Shown piece after piece: positions 45,176 through 53,835 of a DNA stretch of 64,000 nt. This DNA is from a virus, in IMG/VR virus record IMGVR_UViG_3300045988_119033, one strand, 5' to 3'. Below the pieces are notes generated by a model that saw nothing but the letters and a program-made list of their open reading frames with translations, was not told the origin of the DNA and did no database searches. Position numbers and translations under genes: made by a program. Position 1 is the stretch's first letter. Each line of letters opens with the position of its first letter.

Positions 45176-46520
45176 TTACGATCTTTAACAAATCCCCTGC
45201 TTTTAAGCAGGGGATCAATGATTCTTTTATTCATATATGTATTTTTAAATAATTGATTCTGATATATGCCAAAAAGTTATTATTATATTTGTATCATAAA
45301 TGTGGTTAAAAATGATTTCATACAAATATAACATATATTATTCAAAGAAAACGAAGTATCTTGTCAAGATACTTCGCGAATGCTGTTTTGTATGGAATCA
45401 TGCTTTAGCTCTACAACGTAGGTATTACAAACTGTTTGGGAAATATATCTCAGTTGGCAAGATGCAAAAACATTTCTCTAAAAGAATTAAGAGAAATCTT
45501 CTTCATTCCCAAACAACACAAGAAATTATTCAAAGGTTAGATTCAGCATACAATCGCTTCTTCAAGAAGTTGGCTAAACGACCTCCTAAGTTTAAATCAC
45601 CGGAGAAATTCAATTCTTTTGTATTCAAACAAGGAGGGTTTACCCTGAATGGAAATTGTCTAACAATTAACAAAGGAAAGAAACATTTTAAGTTTTCATA
45701 CAGTAGACCTTATGAAGGTAATGTTAAACAAATTAGAATAGTTAGAGAAACCTGTTCCCGTTTTAGTTTGATTATAGTTACAGACCATAATCCTGTAAAC
45801 TCTTATAGAAAGACACATGATGGTGCATCTATCGGATTGGATTTTGGTCTGAAAACTTATCTAACTAAAAGTGATGGTAGCAAAATCGATTCTCCATTAT
45901 TCCTCAAACAATATCAAAACAAGATTAGAAAACTAAACAAACGGTTTTCTAATGCAAAGAAAGGATCCAATAATAAAAGAAGGAGACTGTTTGAACTACA
46001 ACAAGCGTATCGTAAAATAAACAATCTTCGATCAGACTTTCAATGGAAATTAGCTCATGATTTGTGTAAACAATATGATTATATTTTTATTGAAGATCTA
46101 AACATTGAAGGAATGAAACGTTTGTGGGGAAAGAAAGTTTCTGATCTCAGTCATTCTTCTTTTATTGACAAACTTACATATATTGCTTCAAAGTATGGAG
46201 TGATAGTACATAAGATTGACAAATGGTATCCTTCTTCCAAAACTTGTGAATGTGGCTGCATTAATAAAGGACTGTCGTTACGCGACCGCACGTGGGTATG
46301 CCCGTCGTGCGGCGCGGTCAACGACCGTGATGTTCTTGCATCCCGTAATATACTTCGGAAGGGCATTTCCGAATTGGAGAGTAAGAGTAATTCCAACGAT
46401 AGTAATGTCGGGGTTTCTTGCGTTTGTATCCAAGAATCCCATTTGCTTTAGCGATGGGAGTATGTCAAGATCTTAATAGAATCTCCGATATTGTATTCCC
46501 CTTGGTATCCAACGAATTTT
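45176..46520 (+). mobile_element. Putative IS200/IS605-family element carrying tnpB only (IS1341-like); boundaries approximate
   Basis: TTAC at 45176-45179 followed 12 nt later by the subterminal hairpin ATCCCCTGC-TTTTAA-GCAGGGGAT (45192-45215). The 3' 100 nt of tnpB is GC-rich and hairpin-forming. No tnpA in the window. Confidence 0.45.
45300..46451 (+). CDS. tnpB: TnpB (IS200/IS605 OrfB-family RNA-guided endonuclease)
   Basis: The N-terminus YKYNIYYSKKTKYLVKILRECCFVWNHALALQRRYYKLFGKYIS matches the TnpB consensus. The C-terminus has a RuvC-like IFIEDLNIEG and a CxxC...CxxC zinc finger, CECGCINKG...WVCPSCGAVNDRDVLASRNI. Confidence 0.85.
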   Translation: MWLKMISYKYNIYYSKKTKYLVKILRECCFVWNHALALQRRYYKLFGKYISVGKMQKHFSKRIKRNLLHSQTTQEIIQRLDSAYNRFFKKLAKRPPKFKSPEKFNSFVFKQGGFTLNGNCLTINKGKKHFKFSYSRPYEGNVKQIRIVRETCSRFSLIIVTDHNPVNSYRKTHDGASIGLDFGLKTYLTKSDGSKIDSPLFLKQYQNKIRKLNKRFSNAKKGSNNKRRRLFELQQAYRKINNLRSDFQWKLAHDLCKQYDYIFIEDLNIEGMKRLWGKKVSDLSHSSFIDKLTYIASKYGVIVHKIDKWYPSSKTCECGCINKGLSLRDRTWVCPSCGAVNDRDVLASRNILRKGISELESKSNSNDSNVGVSCVCIQESHLL

Positions 46521-46687
46521 ATAAATCTATTACTGTTAAATATTGAAAATCTTCCGTCTTCACCATAATACATTATACATCCACCATCTAAAGGACGTAG
46601 ATCATATATAACCCATCCGTCATTAACCCGAATATCATGCGAACATGATGATAACACAAGTGCCATCAATAAAACAAAATACCTCAT
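46448..46687 (-). CDS. Small lipoprotein (79 aa; signal peptide with lipobox LSSC)
   Basis: MRYFVLLMALVLSSCSHD. Convergent with tnpB, overlapping its stop by 4 nt. Confidence 0.5.
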   Translation of the reverse strand: MRYFVLLMALVLSSCSHDIRVNDGWVIYDLRPLDGGCIMYYGEDGRFSIFNSNRFIKFVGYQGEYNIGDSIKILTYSHR

Positions 46688-46694
46688 ATTATTT

Positions 46695-46886
46695 TCAGCA
46701 TAAAAATTTGTAACCTGGTTTTACGGCCTCTGCTTCTTCTCTCGTATCAAACATTAAGGTAGTGACAGCTCCTATGCCTTCACAAACGTAAGATACTTTC
46801 ACCCACCACCTAAAAATCCCAGAGCCGTAATCATCATAGTACGGCTCAGAAAGAACCTCTTCTACGTACCCATCTAAGTAATTCAT
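46695..46886 (-). CDS. Small hypothetical protein (63 aa)
   Basis: ORF in the minus operon. Confidence 0.35.
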   Translation of the reverse strand: MNYLDGYVEEVLSEPYYDDYGSGIFRWWVKVSYVCEGIGAVTTLMFDTREEAEAVKPGYKFLC

Positions 46887-47599
46887 GATCGTTCCTCCTT
46901 GTTTTTAGGTTCTGCCTCTTCGAGTATGCTGATCACCTTGTCAACAATATCCGAATCAGACATTTTCTCAATAAAAACATCCATTGCCTTAGTTATGTCA
47001 TTGGCTTCTTTTTCTTCAAGAGCTATTTCTCCACCGGTAATAGCATCAGATAATAATGTAGATAAGTGTCTTATCTTATCAATGCTCATAAACGTAAATG
47101 GATTACCACCCAAGCCTCCACCCATTTCTTTCATGATCTGATATCCACCTGAGATAAGTCTGCCTGATGTCGTGGCCAAGGAGGATACGATTAGGGACAG
47201 TACCGCCGCTTCCGTCCGCTCCTCGGACACACCCCTCGACCACACGGCTGCCCTTATAGCGCCGGCCAGATCGTCTATGTATGGCATGAGGCAATCTTCC
47301 ATCGCTTGTGTTATATCAGCTATAACCTCACTACGCTCTTTATTTATGTAGTAGATAGAAGCATTGTACCTCTTTATCTCTTTGTCCATATCATTTAAAA
47401 GACGCTTGATATTGTGCTTATACATAGGACTGGTTTTAATTACTTCCTTTAGCTTAAGAATGTAATTATAAGCCTGGTCGTTTACGAACAACGTCATGGT
47501 CTCAACCGTTGAATGAAGTGTGTTAAGACTGTTAAGAATCTTATCGAAATTGTTTATCAAATAAGCTCTTCTGGCTTTTGCTGCGTAGTTAATCATCAC
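46883..47599 (-). CDS. Hypothetical protein (238 aa)
   Basis: ORF; no domain recognised. Confidence 0.5.
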   Translation of the reverse strand: MMINYAAKARRAYLINNFDKILNSLNTLHSTVETMTLFVNDQAYNYILKLKEVIKTSPMYKHNIKRLLNDMDKEIKRYNASIYYINKERSEVIADITQAMEDCLMPYIDDLAGAIRAAVWSRGVSEERTEAAVLSLIVSSLATTSGRLISGGYQIMKEMGGGLGGNPFTFMSIDKIRHLSTLLSDAITGGEIALEEKEANDITKAMDVFIEKMSDSDIVDKVISILEEAEPKNKEERS

Positions 47600-47873
47600 A
47601 TTCGAATTTTAGATTTTCAAGTTCATTCAATTGTTTCTTAGTCAATTCGATCAGGTACGTTCTCCGTTCCTCTGCATGTTTTAAAGCTTCTTCTTTGCTC
47701 TCAAAAGCATCCCTTCCTATTTCATAAGGAGTGATCCTATCAGGAATGTCGGCTAACAAAAGACCACCATACTCTTCTATTTTAGCTTTTACTTTTCTTA
47801 TTATACCGTCTCTCATGCACGCATCTGTAATCCATATAAACCTATCACATTCTTCTAATTCCCTTTCGTACAA
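47589..47873 (-). CDS. Hypothetical protein (94 aa)
   Basis: ORF. Confidence 0.4.
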   Translation of the reverse strand: MYERELEECDRFIWITDACMRDGIIRKVKAKIEEYGGLLLADIPDRITPYEIGRDAFESKEEALKHAEERRTYLIELTKKQLNELENLKFECDD

Positions 47874-47927
47874 TTCATACCATTCTGGTTTAGGAAATCT
47901 TAATGTAAATCTAATCTCGGTATCTTT

Positions 47928-48119
47928 TTATAAGACATTAATATCATACGCCTCCGGCCACAGCTCTTTTATACTGTTCTCGTCTTCAGCATATGCTACC
48001 AATACAAATGAATTACTGGATTCTGCACTACACCAATATGGATATTTTATAGGCCATTTGACTGGACGGTAATCATTGTTACAGTCATCCTTTCTAATGT
48101 AAAATCTTGCTTTAATCAT
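47928..48119 (-). CDS. Small hypothetical protein (63 aa)
   Basis: ORF. Confidence 0.3.
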   Translation of the reverse strand: MIKARFYIRKDDCNNDYRPVKWPIKYPYWCSAESSNSFVLVAYAEDENSIKELWPEAYDINVL

Positions 48120-48120
48120 G

Positions 48121-48429
48121 TTATTCTACTTTTTTGATTTCGCTTAAATCGTCTTCATGCACCAAATAAGATCCTCTTCCCGGTCTTCCTTCTTTATTAA
48201 CTTCCTGGATTGTAAATATAACTGTTCCAGGACTCATGATTTGCACGCTCTTAAAAAAACCAACAAGAGGCTCTTTCGAACGTTTGTAAAAAACGCTCAC
48301 TTTATCTCCCTTCTTTAACCCATAAACAGAATCGAAATACTCTTTTTTGATTCTATCAATATTGTCTTTATGATTTCTTATAGCACGAAGCTCTTTTTCC
48401 CATAAATAATTTAGCTGTTCTTTTGTCAT
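48121..48429 (-). CDS. Hypothetical protein (102 aa)
   Basis: ORF coupled to its downstream neighbour. Confidence 0.4.
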   Translation of the reverse strand: MTKEQLNYLWEKELRAIRNHKDNIDRIKKEYFDSVYGLKKGDKVSVFYKRSKEPLVGFFKSVQIMSPGTVIFTIQEVNKEGRPGRGSYLVHEDDLSEIKKVE

Positions 48430-48992
48430 TTCTTTTCCTCCTTACTTAAAGGCATTAACCCTTTTCCGTGCTTGTCATACCACAGCATAGCTATACAGTT
48501 CCATGCACATTGTGCAAGATGAAAACATCCTGTATCGGAATCCACTCTTTCCCCTTTCATGTATTCCATTAGGTGTCTAAACATTGCAGCTCGATACCGT
48601 TCAAATCCGTCGTCAAGATTCTGCCAATTATTAGACCCATATTTCTTGGCTCCGGCATGATAGACTCTTACAATGTCTTCAATCTCTTCCATCGGAAGCA
48701 AATCCCATCGTAGTTTGTCGTCAATGATGTCATTTTTCACTGATTTTATTGAAGTACTTTTTTCTGGATCTCCTATACGAATAAGTTCCATAATGTCTGT
48801 TTCTATAATAATTGCGTCTCCATTGTAATAAACTTCAGCAAACTTGTCATTTTCTTTTATGTTTGTTGCTGAAGTCACTAAAGATCCTTTGTATATTATA
48901 GTGTTTTTATTTATCTTATCATCTTTCAGTGTTTGAAAAATAGATCCTTTTGGATAAAGGATGTTTTTAGTATTATTGTCCATTTTTTCCAT
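48426..48992 (-). CDS. Protein resembling the N-terminal domain of phage dATP/dGTP diphosphohydrolases (tentative)
   Basis: VYHAGAKKYGSNNW ... HLAQCAWNCIAMLWY is reminiscent of the GAxKY...NW signature. Memory-based, not verified. Confidence 0.3.
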   Translation of the reverse strand: MEKMDNNTKNILYPKGSIFQTLKDDKINKNTIIYKGSLVTSATNIKENDKFAEVYYNGDAIIIETDIMELIRIGDPEKSTSIKSVKNDIIDDKLRWDLLPMEEIEDIVRVYHAGAKKYGSNNWQNLDDGFERYRAAMFRHLMEYMKGERVDSDTGCFHLAQCAWNCIAMLWYDKHGKGLMPLSKEEKK

Positions 48993-49036
48993 CGTTTTAT
49001 CGTTGTTTTAATCAATTAGTATAATGATATAGTCCA

Positions 49037-49384
49037 TTATTTTTCTTCTTCGCCTATAAAGCGATCAAATTCTTCTCCGCTCATAACAATGCGGTTAATG
49101 ATAATTATGCCGTTATCGCTATAATCACCACTTTTAACTCCCATATCATCAAGCTCCTTCTTTAATTCTTCAAATGTGGGACCTGTCTTGCTTTTAAAAA
49201 ATAAAGTAGCATGTACAACCTTTCCGTTGTTTAGTTTTACTCTCACGGTATAGACATATCCTTTTTCCTCTTCATCCTTTTTGTTGACACCATCAAGGAT
49301 GCTATTTATCATGTTCTTATCCTCACGTGATAGGTTAGATATGGCTATTCTGCCCTTTAACCTAAATATTTCGTTTTCGTTCAT
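49037..49384 (-). CDS. Hypothetical protein (115 aa)
   Basis: ORF. Confidence 0.4.
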   Translation of the reverse strand: MNENEIFRLKGRIAISNLSREDKNMINSILDGVNKKDEEEKGYVYTVRVKLNNGKVVHATLFFKSKTGPTFEELKKELDDMGVKSGDYSDNGIIIINRIVMSGEEFDRFIGEEEK

Positions 49385-49668
49385 AACCTTCCATTTTTGT
49401 TGTTTTCAAAATATTGTCTTACGACTTCTATAGCCTTATCATCATCAAAAGCCTCTTCAAACTCCGTATAGAACCTATCTCGTTCCATGCAGAACGTGTT
49501 CTTCCCTTCTGGTATAGGACGGAATACAACCACCCTCTCTTTGTCGTGATTGGTTCCTATTATGTTATTATCTAAGATAATAGAATACCTTCTTGAACTC
49601 TTGTTGATAACAACATCATGTTGAAGACCATACAATTTAAGTATTTCCCTTAATTCATTTGTTTCCAT
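49381..49668 (-). CDS. Hypothetical protein (95 aa)
   Basis: ORF. Confidence 0.4.
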   Translation of the reverse strand: METNELREILKLYGLQHDVVINKSSRRYSIILDNNIIGTNHDKERVVVFRPIPEGKNTFCMERDRFYTEFEEAFDDDKAIEVVRQYFENNKNGRL

Positions 49669-50025
49669 TTATATTATTCCTTCCAAATTTACTTTAATAG
49701 AACCATTTATAGTTTTAATGCTCCCATCTATGGTTGAAATCACATCATCTAAATCATTTATAATACCTTCCATGTCATCAACCACCTCCTCCATATAAGT
49801 TACAGCCTGATCTGATTCCCAATATCTTTCTGAGTCTTGTAACGATTCAGGTATATTATCTCTCGCCTCAGTCTCTTCGTCTAAAATCATATCAACATCA
49901 TCTTTGGCTGAATTTATGTTGTGCTTCAACTCTGACAACTTTGATTTGATGTATTCAAAATCCGTTTTATACTTATCTACGTTTTTAATAACACCCAATA
50001 TTTTTTTTCTTCTCTTGTCGTTCAT
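49669..50025 (-). CDS. Hypothetical protein (118 aa)
   Basis: ORF. Confidence 0.4.
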   Translation of the reverse strand: MNDKRRKKILGVIKNVDKYKTDFEYIKSKLSELKHNINSAKDDVDMILDEETEARDNIPESLQDSERYWESDQAVTYMEEVVDDMEGIINDLDDVISTIDGSIKTINGSIKVNLEGII

Positions 50026-51443
50026 GCCTTTATTCTATTATAATATTCGATAATCTTTTCTTTTCTATCTCCTGGTTTTACTGCCATATTCTCAGCCAAG
50101 AACCTAAAATACGACACCGGTATGTCCTTGAATCTAATCCCTTCATATTTACCAAACCACATTATTATACTGTCAAGATCGTCTTCTCTCCTACCATCTC
50201 CATTCACAGATTTAAGCGAGGCTGCCCGGCGAAGGATCTCGTCTTTGGTAATAATATCACCCATCCTTATATTGGACAGAAGTTGATCTCCGGCAAACAT
50301 ACACCAGCCCTTAGAAGGGAATTGTTCGATTGTCAAGTCTTCTATCCGACCGAAACGCCTCATGTTGTCGCAGCAATCAACTATCAGCGCCTCTTTCTTG
50401 TCAGGATGGATGCGGACGGCGCGGCCTAATATTTGGTAATATGTTGAATATGAGAATGTTGGGCGACCAAACATCACGCAATCAAGTTCAGGGAAATCAA
50501 ATCCGGTAGCAAGCGTTGAATAATTAAAAACCACCTTCAACTTACCTTCTTTGAAATCTGATATGATTTGCTCTCTTTTCTTTTTGGTTGTTAGCGATGT
50601 TACGACACCGGTTATGGCTCCCATCCTGGCATTCATGAACTCTGATATTCTATTACATGATTCGATAGAATCCATACAAACCAAAATGGCCTTACGTTCG
50701 TTCATAAGTTGAAGAAGGCGCTTGTAGATAGAGTTGTTTAAGCCGTTTCGTACAATACTTTCTTTAATAGATTCATTGGTATATTCGGCTCCGGTACTGT
50801 TTAACATCAGCGCCGATTCATCAAACGACCATCGTTCGTACTTAAGTGGACACCAAAAACCTTGAGAAGTTAGCTCTTGTATTTGAGTCACATGAACTAT
50901 TTTCTTGAAGAAGTTATGTTCGTCTTTCGTCAGCATATTAAGTTTGCTGTAGTTTCCTTCCAGCATGGAACTATAGGTTCGGAGGCGGCAGGGAGTGGCG
51001 GTGAAGCCCAGCACCTTCGCCTCTGGGAACCTGTTCATAAACTCCATAAATTCAGAACCTTCTTCAGGAGAATACCCGCTATGCACCTCATCTATCAATA
51101 ATGTGTCTATCCCTATATCTTTCAACCTTGCTACGTCTTTCTTTATGCTTTTAAGTGTAGCATAAGTCATAGCCGATAACTCTTTTTTTTTACATGAAGC
51201 AGAATATATGGTAGGTTTAGAACCGAATGATACAGCCTTCGCATAATTCTGCTCCAGAATCTCTTTAGATGGCTGTAATACAAGGATAGGTCTTTTTAAT
51301 TCATGAGCTATCTTGCTAATTATCAAAGACTTCCCCGCTGCACACGGCAAGACTTCTATGCCAGGCTTCTTGGATCTTCCTGTAAGGAACTTAAGCCCGG
51401 CATCTACTGCCTCTTTTTGGTAAGGTCTAAGTTCAAAGCCCAT
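50022..51443 (-). CDS. Superfamily-2 DEAD/DEAH-type helicase (ResIII-like)
   Basis: Walker A PCAAGKS, motif II LLIDEVH, motif III GFTATP, motif VI QILGRAVR. Confidence 0.8.
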   Translation of the reverse strand: MGFELRPYQKEAVDAGLKFLTGRSKKPGIEVLPCAAGKSLIISKIAHELKRPILVLQPSKEILEQNYAKAVSFGSKPTIYSASCKKKELSAMTYATLKSIKKDVARLKDIGIDTLLIDEVHSGYSPEEGSEFMEFMNRFPEAKVLGFTATPCRLRTYSSMLEGNYSKLNMLTKDEHNFFKKIVHVTQIQELTSQGFWCPLKYERWSFDESALMLNSTGAEYTNESIKESIVRNGLNNSIYKRLLQLMNERKAILVCMDSIESCNRISEFMNARMGAITGVVTSLTTKKKREQIISDFKEGKLKVVFNYSTLATGFDFPELDCVMFGRPTFSYSTYYQILGRAVRIHPDKKEALIVDCCDNMRRFGRIEDLTIEQFPSKGWCMFAGDQLLSNIRMGDIITKDEILRRAASLKSVNGDGRREDDLDSIIMWFGKYEGIRFKDIPVSYFRFLAENMAVKPGDRKEKIIEYYNRIKA

Positions 51444-51819
51444 CGCAATCTATTTTACTGTTTTTTGAAAGTTCTATTATCGCCTCTTTCAACATCTCCC
51501 TTGCTTTATCTTCGTTATCTTCAAACAGGCATACACTGCATGTGGCACCTTTGGAAGGGTAGTCTCTGTAAGCTTCTGCTCTTTCTGCTACGTACTCACA
51601 ACAGTAGTCGTGACTCATGTTTTTTGCTATACTTATAAAATGATCTTCTCCTTCCATCAACACACAGTATTCAGCATCGTTTTCGCATATAATAACGCCT
51701 TTGTATTTTTTTATGGATAGCACTTTATTTCCAAAAAGTCCAATATAGACCCATATATCTTTCCCTGCATTTTTGTAAAAATTATCCATCTCTTCTTTGA
51801 TTGTAACTTTCTTTTCCAT
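51433..51819 (-). CDS. Hypothetical protein (128 aa), Cys-containing
   Basis: ORF. Confidence 0.4.
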   Translation of the reverse strand: MEKKVTIKEEMDNFYKNAGKDIWVYIGLFGNKVLSIKKYKGVIICENDAEYCVLMEGEDHFISIAKNMSHDYCCEYVAERAEAYRDYPSKGATCSVCLFEDNEDKAREMLKEAIIELSKNSKIDCDGL

Positions 51820-51825
51820 AACCCC

Positions 51826-52140
51826 TTATTTTATATCAGTAATTAAAACATATCTTTCGACAATATCTTCAAGCTCCATAGAACATAACAAACTTGGGCT
51901 TTTTCCGTACTCGTACAGAGCGTACCCTTCCTTTATATCTAATATCTTGATTATATGCTTGCCTCTTTCAAATGGATCCATGAAGTAGCCTTTGTATTCG
52001 TATCTTTGACCTACTTTTATTTTGTCGGTTTTCTTCTTCATCTTATACCGATCTATCACTATGCTTATTTTTATAAGAATCGTTACAAACAGGTATAATA
52101 ATAAAAAGACCGCTGCTCCTGTTATCAATGCTTCTTTCAT
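51826..52140 (-). CDS. Small membrane protein (104 aa; N-terminal TM helix)
   Basis: AVFLLLYLFVTILIKISIVI. Confidence 0.4.
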   Translation of the reverse strand: MKEALITGAAVFLLLYLFVTILIKISIVIDRYKMKKKTDKIKVGQRYEYKGYFMDPFERGKHIIKILDIKEGYALYEYGKSPSLLCSMELEDIVERYVLITDIK

Positions 52141-52306
52141 TGTATTTATTTTAAATAGTTAAACCAAATAGCCTCAAGTTTCTCCTGGAACTCAAACGCC
52201 TTTTTAAAATTTCCGCACCGTACCGCCACGTTCCTCATCTCTTCAAGATATATAACTTCCGGATCTTGCCGGTATTTTGTTCTTAACTTTTGAACGTCCT
52301 CGTATT

Positions 52307-53326
52307 TCATCGTTTTATCTTTTTAGACGGATCCCAATCTGAAGAGAAAGGGCATTCGTTTTTGTTATGTAATCCAAAGTCACAATAATAACACAGTGCC
52401 GACGGGCAGGGCAGCTTGTTTTGCGAAACATGCTGGCTTAGGGTGGCACGCCGCTTGCTATATCTGGCCCCTTCTGCTCCCTGGATGTATGCTTGAAATG
52501 CTTTTACACTATTATCTTCAAAATCATACATTTTAGATAAAGTGTCATTTAGCATCTCTATAGATTTTGTTTTACGTTCCTCATCTACCTTAACCTTTTG
52601 GTACTGCCTGGTTCTGGTAAAGAAATAGATGTTCATATCTGGTAGAACCCCACCATATCTTCTATAGATGTAAAACGAATATATAGGATGCTGTAAATTT
52701 GTTTCCAGCTTCTTAGAATCAAAAACCTTATTTCCCGATTTCCAATCTATGACATAATGATGGATCACTCCTTTGCTTTTTATAGCCAGATGAAGGTCTA
52801 CCGACCCCACTATATACACATGAGTATGAACGGTCCCATTTATATCAACTGGCTTAGGAAGACGGTACGGCAGCACAAAATCTTCTTCGACTCCAACTAT
52901 AGCGCCGTGTCTGATAAGTTTCTCGCAGGGATTAAGATCACTATCAGCTATCATAAACCTATTGCCGTCTTTTTTGAACAGATCCACAATCCAAGCAAGA
53001 AGCTCTCCAGATTGCTTCATGGCTATCATCATATTTTCCGGTGATTGCCAAGGTATGTCTTCTTGGTAAGCATAGTAACTTATAGCTTCCCCCAGGTCTT
53101 TGCCAGAAGGCTGTCTTCCGTTCTTGAAGAAGTATTCCAGTGTCTTATGAATAACCGTACCATAAGACGTAGCTTCTTGTTTTTCCGTAGACCTTTTGCC
53201 CTCCACGTAAGTTTTATACCATTTCATTGGACAAGTAAGAAACGTATCTATCTGGGAATAAGATATGGCAAGACGTTTCACACCATTAAACTCCTTATAT
53301 AGCAAATGCGTTTCCGGGACCATCAT
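52307..53326 (-). CDS. Cas4/RecB-like PD-(D/E)xK nuclease with a C-terminal Cys cluster
   Basis: The N-terminus YSQIDTFLTCPMKWY is typical of the PDDEXK_1 family. The C-terminus has CPSALCYYC...ECPF. Confidence 0.55.
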   Translation of the reverse strand: MMVPETHLLYKEFNGVKRLAISYSQIDTFLTCPMKWYKTYVEGKRSTEKQEATSYGTVIHKTLEYFFKNGRQPSGKDLGEAISYYAYQEDIPWQSPENMMIAMKQSGELLAWIVDLFKKDGNRFMIADSDLNPCEKLIRHGAIVGVEEDFVLPYRLPKPVDINGTVHTHVYIVGSVDLHLAIKSKGVIHHYVIDWKSGNKVFDSKKLETNLQHPIYSFYIYRRYGGVLPDMNIYFFTRTRQYQKVKVDEERKTKSIEMLNDTLSKMYDFEDNSVKAFQAYIQGAEGARYSKRRATLSQHVSQNKLPCPSALCYYCDFGLHNKNECPFSSDWDPSKKIKR

Positions 53327-53682
53327 AAGTCATTGTCTTTAAATCCTTCCGGGTAATATACGACATACTTCTTACCGTCTTCTGGTGTCATGGCAAACTG
53401 CATGTAGTTATTACGATTACGATGCTTGCCATCCAATCCTCGTTTCCAATACAGGATACCGTCTATATCCACATAAGATCGGCCGCGGTCGGCTCTAACC
53501 ACGTCCGTGTGTAGCAGATACCCGTCGGAAGACACAATCCACACTTTATCCCCTTTGCTTAAATAAGATATTCTTTTTCTTACAACAACCCTTTTCTTAT
53601 TATCCAATACAAATTCCTCGTCAGTCATACTCTTCATCCTCCTCTTCTTCTGTTTCAAAATCAATTCCATAATACTGATCAT
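53323..53682 (-). CDS. Hypothetical protein (119 aa)
   Basis: ORF. Confidence 0.4.
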   Translation of the reverse strand: MISIMELILKQKKRRMKSMTDEEFVLDNKKRVVVRKRISYLSKGDKVWIVSSDGYLLHTDVVRADRGRSYVDIDGILYWKRGLDGKHRNRNNYMQFAMTPEDGKKYVVYYPEGFKDNDL

Positions 53683-53835
53683 AATGCTTGGTCAGTTCTT
53701 CTGGTTCTAAATCTTGTCCAAAATCCATGTTAAAAATATCGTAATTAGTAAAGCACTGTTCCTGCCGGCAGGAAATCTATGAATGCTGCTTTTATTTCTT
53801 CAATTAGGCCCAAGTGTAACCTTGGGCCATTGTAT

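Noticed and set aside
46452-46520. Searched for an IS right-end hairpin matching the left-end hairpin (ATCCCCTGC...GCAGGGGAT) downstream of tnpB
   Set aside because: No matching hairpin was found after the stop. Only weak GGAG...CTCC pairing is present. The right end may lie within the GC-rich 3' coding region of tnpB, so the mobile-element boundaries are given only approximately.
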